Source: Octopus bimaculoides (Eukaryota). From it: a stretch of 32,319 nucleotides of DNA. Below, piece after piece: positions 23,071 to 32,319 of the stretch. The translations under genes were made by a program, and so were the position numbers. The notes beneath the pieces were generated by a model. The model did not search any database. It was given only the letters and a program-made list of their open reading frames with translations, and had not been told where the DNA came from. Where the stretch lies: positions 10,057,641-10,089,959 of the forward strand of contig NC_069007.1 in the NCBI RefSeq assembly GCF_001194135.2, written 5' to 3'. The number at the start of each line of letters is the position of its first letter. Position 1 is the stretch's first letter.

Positions 23071-23214
23071 TAAAAAGGAAGATTATAGACATACAAATGT
23101 GTGTGTGTCATTATTCCAAGAGTTCTTGCCAATGGAGAAAGAGCTGGTTTCTAACCTAGATCCAAGGCTCCTTCATTGGAATTTCAACATCAACAGGGTA
23201 ATTTTATATCATCA

Positions 23215-23580
23215 TCATCATCATCATTTAATGTCCGCTTTCCATGCTGGCATGGGTTGGACGGTTTGACTGGAGACTGGCAAGCCAGGAGGCTGCACCA
23301 GGCTCCAATCTGATCTGGCAGTGTTTCTACAGCTGAATGCCCTTCCTAACGCCAACCACTCCAAGAGTGTAGTGGGTGCTTCTTACATGCCACCAGCATG
23401 GGAGCAAGTCAGGTGGCACTGGCATCGGCCACGTTCAGACGGTGCTTTTTATGTGCTACAGACACAGGAGCCAGTCGGGGTGGGGAGGCTAGCATTGACC
23501 ATGTTCAGATGGTGCTTTTTACGTGCCACCAGCATGGTGAACCAGTCAGGCGACACTGGCAACGACCCATGCATGCATGG
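23215..23580 (-). mobile_element. Family E (RTE-like 3' UTR) with internal subrepeats
   Basis: (CAT)n-TTAATGTCCGCTTTCCATGCTGGCATGGGTTGGACGG...GCCCTTCCTAACGCCAACCAC. Confidence 0.75.
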
Positions 23581-23825
23581 TGCTTATGTAACACACTGCC
23601 TAAATATATAATATAGATACAAGTATAGAGTCAAAACACTGAAATACATCTCACTAAAAAGATAAAACTGGCAAAAACTGAGCCATTAAATAAACAGAGA
23701 TGAAACACAATAAAACCAAACTAACTATGGTGTTAATATTAACATCTTATAACCCTCAAGGGCGGTGCCCCAGCATGGTCACTGTCTAACGACTGAAAGC
23801 AATTAAGGAATTAAAAAACACACAC

Positions 23826-24038
23826 CATAATTGAGTAATAGGCATCTTGGATCTGGGCAAATTTTTCTGGGTTGGCATTCTCCGATCCACTATCTGGATG
23901 AAACTTTTTCGCAAGTCGTATATAAGATTCTCGCACTTCTTCTGCGGTGCTTTTTTGGTTGACATTTAAAATGTTGTAATTCTCGAGATGAATGGAATTA
24001 TTCTTTCTCTTGTGACCAAGAAATGAATTTGAACTTAG
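23826..24038 (-). CDS. DNAJC28: DNAJC28-like J-domain co-chaperone, coding exon containing the J domain (71 codons, phase 0-0)
   Basis: Translates LSSNSFLGHKRKNNSIHLENYNILNVNQKSTAEEVRESYIRLAKKFHPDSGSENANPEKFAQIQDAYYSIM, with the HPD motif and J-domain helices. It resembles recalled human DNAJC28 ([32 protein letters not shown]). Acceptor tcttatttttcattgcag| at 24039-24040; donor ATG|gtgtgt at 23825. Confidence 0.9.
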
Positions 24039-24662
24039 CTGCAATGAAAAATAAGATATTTGAGTTGTTTAGGTTCTGGTAGTGGAGGTACAAGGCTTAG
24101 TGGTTACATGCCAGAGAAACCAGGAAACCACAATCGCATATAGAAAAATTTAATAAGTAAATACACTAAAAGACCTATAATAAAAATACAAAGTAATAAA
24201 TATTAAAAAAATTTTTTCTCTAACTTATACATTATATATTGTGAAACTTAATTTAATTTTAATTTTGATAAATTAAATTAAATTGAATTTTTCCGTGTAA
24301 ATTTGGATTTTTATCCCTAATATTATTATCATAATTATATATATATATATGCATATATGGGTACGGACGTCACCAACAGTGCAAATAACATGAAACACAT
24401 AAACAAATGAGTTAAATACGTAAACAACAAGAAAAAAATGGAAAACAGGACAAGTAAACACAGCGAAAGGACCCTTCATCAGTTGTTGGCTGTCTATCTA
24501 CTCCTCATTTCAAGCATTCAACGACAATATGAGTCTTCAGAGACAGTTCCTCCCAGAAATTCTAAAATAAAATTTAGGATTTATGGAAGATCAAAGCTGG
24601 GAACAAAAAAATGACATTGAAAACATATAAGGAAACCGAATGAAAACAAACATGGGGGATCG

Positions 24663-25243
24663 TTTGTATGTATGTATGTGCAGATTTGTATGTTTTGCTT
24701 TATGTGTGTCTTCTCAGGCATATGATTGCATATCTCAACATGCTTATATATATATATATATATTTAAATGATAAACTTCTGGGAAGTTTTACAGAGTTTT
24801 TACAGTTCCAGTGATGGATTGGATCTGTATTCTTCGAATCAGCTTTCTCGTTTCTGGTTTTGAGAAGCCTAATTTCTCAAGATTGGTATTTAGGCAGTGT
24901 CCCAATATATGTATGTCATTATTCAGGTTTATTTCAAGATTTCTTGCCAATAGAGAAAGAACCGGTTTCTAACCTAGATCCAAGCCTCCTTCATTTCAAC
25001 ATCGACAGGGTATTTTTGTATGTAGGTATGTATATGTGCAGATTTGTATGTTTTGTTTTATGTACGTCTTCTCATGCATATAGTTGCATCTCTAGACATG
25101 CTCATATATATTTAAATGATAAACTTCTAGAAAGTTTTACAGATTTTTACAGTTCCAGTGATGGATTGGATCTGTATTCTTCAAATCAGCTTTCTCTTTT
25201 CTGATTTTGAGAAGCCTTATTTCTCAAGATTGGTATTTAGGCA
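24663..25243. repeat. Tandem duplication with a 347-bp period (about 1.7 copies)
   Basis: GGATCTGTATTCTTC at 24821 and 25168; long aligned blocks on both sides. The middle segment also occurs at about 23105-23205. Confidence 0.85.
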
Positions 25244-25310
25244 AGTGTTACACATCCCAGTACTCCAGTGTATGTATGTGTGTGTGCGTATGTATCTGTG
25301 TGTGTATGTA

Positions 25311-25348
<38 letters not shown>

Positions 25349-25569
25349 TATACTCAGAGAGAGTGGGAGAGGATGAGTACGTGTGTATGTGTTGAACAGC
25401 ATGATGACAGCGTTAAAACTACAATCAAGGGACATAACTCCTATTGCAGTAATATGTAAGGGAGATAATACATAAAGCGACCTGAAATGCTGCGAAGCAT
25501 TTTCTCTGAGGTGCCAAAAATTCTGCCGGTCTACCACCTCAAAAAAAAAAAAAAATGAAAGAAATATGG

Positions 25570-25716
25570 AGGGGATAAGTCGATTACATCCACCCACTCC
25601 CCAGTGCTCAACTGGTACTTATTTTATCGACCCCGAAGGGATGAAAAGCAAAGTTGGCCTCGGTAGAATTTGAACTCAGAACATAAAGACATGCCGTGCT
25701 AAAAATTCTGCCAGCT
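25570..25716 (-). mobile_element. SINE family B, partial
   Basis: CTGGTACTTATTTTATCGACCCCGAAGGGATGAAAAGCAAAG...GAATTTGAACTCAGAAC. Confidence 0.75.
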
Positions 25717-26667
25717 TGGAAAAGTAAAAGAAATATGGTGCACGTCGGAGTTAGGAAACACCAACAAGCTGGAATTTTTCCCGTTTTGACGGAGATTTTT
25801 CAATTTTTTTTTTTNNNNNNNNNNNNNNNNNNNNNNNNNNNNNNNNNNNNNNNNNNNNNNNNNNNNNNNNNNNNNNNNNNNNNNNNNNNNNNNNNNNNNN
25901 NNNNNNNNNNNNNNNNNNNNNNNNNNNNNNNNNNNNNNNNNNNNNNNNNNNNNNNNNNNNNNNNNNNNNNNNNNNNNNNNNNNNNNNNNNNNNNNNNNNN
26001 NNNNNNNNNNNNNNNNNNNNNNNNNNNNNNNNNNNNNNNNNNNNNNNNNNNNNNNNNNNNNNNNNNNNNNNNNNNNNNNNNNNNNNNNNNNNNNNNNNNN
26101 NNNNNNNNNNNNNNNNNNNNNNNNNNNNNNNNNNNNNNNNNNNNNNNNNNNNNNNNNNNNNNNNNNNNNNNNNNNNNNNNNNNNNNNNNNNNNNNNNNNN
26201 NNNNNNNNNNNNNNNNNNNNNNNNNNNNNNNNNNNNNNNNNNNNNNNNNNNNNNNNNNNNNNNNNNNNNNNNNNNNNNNNNNNNNNNNNNNNNNNNNNNN
26301 NNNNNNNNNNNNNNNNNNNNNNNNNNNNNNNNNNNNNNNNNNNNNNNNNNNNNNNNNNNNNNNNNNNNNNNNNNNNNNNNNNNNNNNNNNNNNNNNNNNN
26401 NNNNNNNNNNNAGCATTATTTCCAGCATTTCCAGGAACTGAAGTTGTCTTAGATAATTATTTATTTTTTATAATTTTTGTTTGTGTTTTTTCTATCTTTC
26501 TCACATTCCAACAGCATCTGAAAATAAAGAATAAAAGACAATAAACTACTTCTTAACTATTCAACTAAGCTAAGTAGTTTTCTGTGCGACTATGCAGCTA
26601 CAGGTTCAATTCTACCTTGGATAGATCAATATTTTATAAATGGAATTTGATACACAAAAACTGTATG

Positions 26668-26796
26668 GAAGCCTGGGTTCAGTCCCGCTGCATGGCACCT
26701 TGGGCAAGTGTCTTCTATTATAGCCTTGGGTCAACCAAAGCCTTGTGAGAGGTTTTGAAGATGGAAACTGAAAGAAGCTCATCATATATGTATGTG

Positions 26797-26841
<45 letters not shown>

Positions 26842-27045
26842 GTCTTTGAGCTTGTCTTTCTCCCCCACCATAACTTGACAACCAGTGTTGGCTTGTTTAC
26901 ATCCTCACAATTCAGCAGTTCAGTATAAAGAAACTGAGAGAATAAGTACCAGACTTTAAAATAAGTGCTGGGGATCAAATTGCTCAACTAAACCCTTTAG
27001 AGTGGTGCCCCAGCATGACCACAGTTTAATGACTGAAACAAATAT
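26668..27045 (+). mobile_element. SINE family A
   Basis: GGGTTCAGTCCCGCTGCATGGCACCTTGGGCAAGTG...GTGGTGCCCCAGCATGACCACAG. Confidence 0.8.
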
Positions 27046-27102
27046 AAGAAGAAAAGAATATATATATGTGTGTGTATATATAATAATAACAATAATAATA
27101 AT

Positions 27103-27540
27103 CCTTTCTACTCTTGGCACAAGGCCTGAAATTTTGGGGGAGGGGATAGTCGATTAGATCGACCCCAGTATATTTTATCAACCCTGAAAGGATGAAAGAC
27201 AAAGTCTACCTCAGCAGAATTTGAACTCAGAACATAACAACAGACGAAATATCGCTAAGCATTTCACCCCATGTGCTAACGTTTCTGCCAGCTCACCACC
27301 TTAATAATAATAATAATAATAATAATAATTTCTATTATAAGGCTCAAGGCCTGAAATTTTGGAGGAGGGGGTTAGTCGATTACATTGACCCCAGTGTTCA
27401 ACTGGTACTTATTTTATCAACCCTGGAAGGATGAAAGGCAAAGTTGACCTCAACAGAATTTGAACTCAGAACATAAGGATAGGTGAAATGCCACTATGCA
27501 TTTTGCTAGGAATGCTAATGATTCTGCCAACTTGCCACCT
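27103..27540 (-). mobile_element. Two tandem SINE family B copies separated and flanked by (TAA)n
   Basis: Copies at about 27103-27300 and 27328-27540, each with GGCCTGAAATTTT...GAATTTGAACTCAGAACAT. Confidence 0.85.
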
Positions 27541-27576
27541 TAATAATGATAATAATAATAATAATAATAATAATAA

Positions 27577-27870
27577 TTTGAAATAGGAAAAATTTGGAGC
27601 ATATGAACAGTAAAGGTTGTGCCTATAATAATTGGTATGTTGGGAGCAGTAAGCAAAGATATTGACAAATGGCTGAAGGAGATTGGAATAGAATGCCTGA
27701 TAGAGCTCCTACAGAAAGTTTGTCTCTTAGAGACAGCAAGGATTATCAGGAGGGTTCTAAATACTTGAAAGACTGCTGAAAATTTGTGGATACCTAAGGT
27801 TACAGGTAGTAACTCGCTACCCATAAAAATCCTCCCACGAACAAGACCGAACCTGAGACAAACCAAAATA
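27577..27870 (+). mobile_element. R4/Dong-like non-LTR retrotransposon: ORF C-terminus and 3' UTR
   Basis: 27577-27768 reads FEIGKIWSI*TVKVVPIIIGMLGAVSKDIDKWLKEIGIECLIELLQKVCLLETARIIRRVLNT*, typical of the end of restriction-like-endonuclease LINEs (VVPIIIGxLG...LQKxxLLxTARI). Confidence 0.75.
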
Positions 27871-27875
27871 ACAAT

Positions 27876-28283
27876 ATTGATGGTTTCATATTGGTGGCCC
27901 AAGATCAAAGTTTGTTTACCAGAAACTATGAGGCCAACATTCTTCAAAATGGTACTGACCCTAAATGCAGATTCTGCAACACATTTGACTAAACAATAGA
28001 CCATCTCATTTCCAGATGTCCTGTGTTGACAATAAATGAATACAAAAGTCAGCACAATAGGGTAGGACAGTATTTACATTGGAAAACATTTAAACACTAC
28101 AAAATCGGTATCCCTGCTTACTGGTATGAATATCGTCCTGAGCCAGTTATTGAAGGTAAAAATGTCACTATCATCTGGGATTTTGCAGTCAGCACTGACA
28201 GAATAATGTAGGCTAATTGACTAAACATAATTATTAAAGACAGGGAAGAAAATATTTGTAGACTAATAGATGTAAGTGTTCCT
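27876..28283 (+). mobile_element. R4/Dong-like non-LTR retrotransposon: CCHC zinc knuckle and start of the restriction-like endonuclease domain (pseudogenised)
   Basis: One frame with 3 stops: IDGFILVAQDQSLFTRNYEANILQNGTDPKCRFCNTFD*TIDHLISRCPVLTINEYKSQHNRVGQYLHW...VTIIWDFAVSTDRIM*AN*LNIIIKDREENICRLIDVSVP. Confidence 0.85.
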
Positions 28284-28287
28284 ATAC

Positions 28288-28305
28288 GTGTACTGAAGAG
28301 TGCAT
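28288..28305 (-). CDS. Tentative first coding exon of DNAJC28-like gene (MHSSVH)
   Basis: ATG CAC TCT TCA GTA CAC|gtatag gives a phase-0 donor compatible with the J-domain exon. It lies in a short non-repeat patch beside a LINE fragment. No homology support. Confidence 0.2.
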
Positions 28306-28620
28306 ATTACTGCACTGATTACGAAATCATGATTTACTGTTAAGTCTGCTTTTAGGAGGCTCACTTCGAGAGTTGCATTCCCTCGCGTTTGGTAAAAATG
28401 TTATATATATATATATATAATTATATGTATTTATTTTATCCTAATAAATAATAATTCGGATAGAATAAATGGGTTAATAGAAACCAAGGTAGCAACGATC
28501 ACAAAATAACTGTGGTGTAATTCCTGTTGGTGAAGCAGAAACTCCTTGATATTTTGGGTATTTGAGTATATATAAAAATTTAAGGAATGGAGTAAACGCA
28601 TGTTATAACTGCATACTTTA

Positions 28621-28750
28621 TTCCGACATATGTTTCGAAGAATTACAATTTATGCGATCCATAGGAATCGTTGATGTTAAAAATGTAAACTTTCCCTGAG
28701 GAGAAGTTTACATTTTTAACATCGATGGATCGCATAAATTGCAATTCTTC
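28621..28750. repeat. Inverted repeat with hammerhead-like elements, truncated by gap
   Basis: Arms 28637-28692 and 28704-28750 (47 nt, about 2 mismatches plus a 9-nt insert in the left arm). CTGAGGA core at 28696-28702 on the plus strand; GAAAC-ATAT-GTC-GGAA on the minus strand at 28621-28636. Confidence 0.75.
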
Positions 28751-29196
28751 NNNNNNNNNNNNNNNNNNNNNNNNNNNNNNNNNNNNNNNNNNNNNNNNNN
28801 NNNNNNNNNNNNNNNNNNNNNNNNNNNNNNNNNNNNNNNNNNNNNNNNNNNNNNNNNNNNNNNNNNNNNNNNNNNNNNNNNNNNNNNNNNNNNNNNNNNN
28901 NNNNNNNNNNNNNNNNNNNNNNNNNNNNNNNNNNNNNNNNNNNNNNNNNNNNNNNNNNNNNNNNNNNNNNNNNNNNNNNNNNNNNNNNNNNNNNNNNNNN
29001 NNNNNNNNNNNNNNNNNNNNNNNNNNNNNNNNNNNNNNNNNNNNNNNNNNNNNNNNNNNNNNNNNNNNNNNNNNNNNNNNNNNNNNNNNNNNNNNNNNNN
29101 NNNNNNNNNNNNNNNNNNNNNNNNNNNNNNNNNNNNNNNNNNNNNNNNNNNNNNNNNNNNNNNNNNNNTAATAATAATAATAATAATAATAATAAT

Positions 29197-29400
29197 CCTT
29201 TTTACTATAGGTACAACACCTGAAATTATAGGGGAGGGGGCTAGTCGATTATATCAAACCCAGTGCACCACTGGTAATTATTTCACCAACCCCAAAAGGA
29301 TGAAAGGCTAAGTCGACCTCAGCAGTATTTGAACGCAAAATGGAAGGGTGGACCAAATAACACTAAGCATTTTTCCCGGAGGGCTAACGATTCTGCCACC
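29197..29400 (-). mobile_element. SINE family B flanked by (TAA)n
   Basis: Same family B motifs; (TAA)n at 29169-29195 and 29401-29415. Confidence 0.75.
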
Positions 29401-30286
29401 TAAATAATAATAATAAAGATGATGATGATGATGATGATGATAAAGTGTGGGGGGGGGGAGAAACAGAGATAATGGGTTGCAAGAGTGTATGAGGAAAGTG
29501 GGAGGCATTTGGCGACAGGTATGAAGGTGGTCAGAAGCACATACACATCAATCAACAAGAAGCGGTGATTCAGGGGAGAAGGAGAGATAGTATGTACGCA
29601 CGCATGCATATATCTACGTTGTACCTGTGGGGGTGTATGCGTGTATAGACATGTATGTGTATGTATTGCGCTTGTACGTGCGTGTATATGTATGCACTAT
29701 GTACGTCTATGCTTGTATGTATGTATTTATATACGTTAGTATATATGTACGTATTTGTATGTATGCATATACAAGTATTTGGGATCTTTTTTAAAACGGG
29801 GGCCACATTTTTCATTAACGAAACACTTTGAAACTTGGAACACTGGTACAATGTGTCATATAAAACATCTAACTTTAATGAAAAATGTGGCCCCCGTTTT
29901 AAAATAGATCCAGTATTTGTATATGTGTATGATAGTCTGTGTGCGTATTGTAGCCACAAACATATGATCAAAAGTATCCAGCCGTGACCATTCCATATTT
30001 TCACGCTACATTATCGAATGCATTGCTTTCCTCATTTCCATATTCAAAACGACGAGTCATTTAAGGGTTATTTAACTGCTTTTTCTAATCGCTCCATCAT
30101 TATCAGGACGGACAGGGAGGCTTTAACCTTGTCTATAAATAATTCCTATTAAATACACAATAAATACATTTAGAATTTATTTCCACGTACTTGTAAGCAA
30201 ATATAAACTTTCTCTCTGATATTTCAATTAAAATTAAATTAAAACCAAGTCCAAAAGTTCATAATTGTAATAATTATCATTAGATT

Positions 30287-30420
30287 CCGTCGAGGTCGAC
30301 TTTGCCTTTCATCCTTTTGGAGTCGATAAAATAAAGTACGAGTTGAGTACTGGGATCGATATAATCAACTTGTCCCCTCCCCACAAAATTTCAGGCTTTA
30401 TACCTTTAGTAGAAAGGATT
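30287..30420 (+). mobile_element. SINE family B, 5'-truncated
   Basis: GAGGTCGACTTTGCCTTTCATCCTTTTGGAGTCGATAAAATAAAGTAC...AAATTTCAGGC...AAAGGATTATTATTATT. Confidence 0.75.
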
Positions 30421-30817
30421 ATTATTATTGTTAGAGTGAAATCTTAACATTTTTACCTTGGAACTTCAGAAGACGTCTCGGTTGTTGTTATATCTAGACG
30501 GTCATACAGAAACAATTGTTACAATGTTTACACGGGTTTTTCCTTCAAAATATTCAATTATTTCCTTCTTTCAGAATCTTTGATTATTCCATGTATATTT
30601 TAGAATATTTATCTGACATTGCAATATAATTTAAATTAAAATTTATACATGAGAATATTTTTTTATTAATTACAATAATAACAAAACAGATGTATTTTTA
30701 TTAACAGAAGACATTTTTGTAGAACACCGGTTTGTGTTACTTGTCCCAGGAAACTTGTGTAGTACCGGACTTCATACCAGGCCTCCAGAGATCCGGGTCG
30801 CTTGTGCAATATACTAT

Positions 30818-31163
30818 GTGTTGTTGGCACTCCGTCGCTTACGACGTCGAGGGTTCCAGTTGATCCGATCAACGGAACAGCCTGCTCGTGAAATTAACGT
30901 TCAAGTGGCTGAGCACTCCACAGACACGTGTACCCTTAACATAGTTCTCAGGAGAGATTCAGCGTGACACAGTGCGACAAGGCTGACCCTTTGAATTACA
31001 GGCACAACAGAAACAGGAAGTAAGAGTGAGAGAAAGTTGTGGTGGAAGAGTATAGCAGGGTTCACCACCATTCCCTGCCGGAGCTTCGTGGAGCTTTTGG
31101 GTGTTTTCGCTCAATAAACACTCACAATGCCCGGTCCTAACCACTGGGCCATTGCGCCTCCAC
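30818..31163 (-). mobile_element. SINE family C with a perfect 12-bp target-site duplication and B-box deletion
   Basis: GCAATATACTAT at 30806-30817 and 31164-31175; about 42 nt of the tRNA head are missing at about 31136. Confidence 0.9.
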
Positions 31164-31410
31164 GCAATATACTATACCCTGTATTTAATACACAGACACT
31201 CTTTTTGAAGTTGTTTAATTTGCATACGGTGTGCTAAAATAATTTTATCCATTACTTTTGGACAAAATTTACTTCTAGGTTGCTGAAGATTAAACTACGC
31301 TACCGCCTCTTTCTCATTCAGGAAGTTCTTCAGCTTGCAGAAATACGTCAATCCTTGGTCATTCTTCATTAGGTGTGGCATTCAGAAAGTCTTAGACGGA
31401 ATGGACCAGC

Positions 31411-31670
31411 AATTTCGGGGCGTTGACTGTTATAGCACCACTGCTGAAAAAGGTTATCCTTCAGCGAGTACCTGACAAGAGTACTGAGAAGCTACAATAA
31501 GGAAATGTTTTGCCAGGAACAACACTTTTTACTGATAAAGGGGCAAGCTATTGTATTGTCCACTAACTTGGATGTATTCACCGAACGGCGAATCATGCCA
31601 ATTACTTCCTTGATCCAGATCCCGAGGTCTGCACTAACCATATTGGTTTCACATGGGGCGCTTAGATCAG
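31411..31670 (+). mobile_element. Decayed Merlin / IS1595(ISXO2)-like DDE transposase fragment
   Basis: One frame with stops: KVILQRVPDKSTEKLQ*GNVLPGTTLFTDKGASYCIVH*LGCIHRTANHANYFLDPDPEVCTNHIGFTWGA. It matches the recalled Merlin-type pattern VPDRSAETL...ILPGTTIxSDxWxAY...GYxHxTVNHSxNFVDPxTGAHTNTIESTW. An FGGVD-like motif needs a frameshift at about 31414. Confidence 0.75.
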
Positions 31671-32280
31671 AATCCCACCCATCAAAAGTCTCTTGAAGTG
31701 GTTCGACGGAGGATATAAAAAAGGGGCGGAGGTAAAAAAATACGTACACTACCCGTTTTTTTGCGAAACAAAAACGCTAACCCTAACCATAGGGTGTACG
31801 TATTCTTTACTTTTGCCTGAAAATGGAAACATGTCGACGAAGCTATGAACCGTAGGTTTATCCGCCGTAAATTCTAACGGTACGTAATATGAAATTTCTT
31901 TAATATCATTTTGACCCTTTCCGTTTTGTTTCCATTCAATACAGCTGATCATTGCCTCTTCTATTTCCAGATACAGTATTCTGAACTCAATGTGTTCTCA
32001 TATACCAGATTATGGTGTGATGAAAGAGTTTGCCGCAAGAAATTTCCAGTGCGAACATAGATGCATTTTTTCCTCCATGAGAAATTATCTCTCGTTCATA
32101 TGAGATGGCGAGCAAGGAAGTACTACGCATTGCGGATTTGATTTTATCTCCTTTCAAGGCAGTCAAGATAATTTCTTTAAAAAGATCAACAAGCTAACCA
32201 ATTAAAATGAATTCTAATTCTGATTTTCTGGAATTGTGAAAAATAACAATATTAATAAGTTTTACAAAATACATTGCATA

Positions 32281-32319
<39 letters not shown>

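Larger units (their letters stand above)
1521..29168. other. Ten assembly gaps lie within this span: 1521-2130, 7930-8138, 8965-8974, 11259-11823, 12075-12084, 13567-14081, 16626-16635, 17589-18105, 25815-26411, 28751-29168
   Basis: Runs of N. Confidence 1.

Noticed and set aside
24450-24560. Hammerhead-like CTGAAGA...GAAA...GTA and CTGATGA motifs on the minus strand
   Set aside because: Stem II does not form, stem I is out of register, and the CTGATGA motif has no following GAAA. It may be an old Penelope-like terminus, but this is unsupported.
1453-29311. Long ORFs of 190-280 aa in the track
   Set aside because: They are mostly X from assembly gaps or translations of dinucleotide repeats (YIYI, VCVC, THTH).
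30666-30872. 68-aa minus-strand ORF as the DNAJC28 first exon
   Set aside because: It starts inside a SINE, and I found no ATG-initiated phase-0 donor compatible with the J-domain exon.
31777-31788. Telomere-like CTAACCCTAACC
   Set aside because: Only two units; not an array.

Overview
AT-rich, microsatellite-dense eukaryotic genomic DNA with 10 assembly gaps. The repeat families and gappiness suggest a coleoid cephalopod, probably Octopus (inference from recall; no database search). The only well-supported host gene is a minus-strand DNAJC28-like J-domain co-chaperone. Three coding exons are visible (23826-24038, 21053-21163, 12298-12464), with canonical GT-AG sites and matching phases. The start-codon exon and the downstream DUF1992 exons were not confidently found. 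The rest is mostly intronic or intergenic repeat: four tRNA-derived SINE families (informal labels A-D), RTE-like LINE 3' ends, R4/Dong-like LINE fragments, a decayed Merlin/IS1595-type transposase, piggyBac-like MITE ends, Penelope-type remnants with hammerhead-like motifs, and a ~130-bp satellite. There is no evidence for prokaryotic systems such as CRISPR arrays or operons, and no clearly new gene system. The most notable observations are the hammerhead-like inverted repeat at 28621-28750, SINE nesting, chimerism and module swapping, (TAA)n-associated insertions, and the Merlin fossil. Repeat boundaries are approximate and read by eye.
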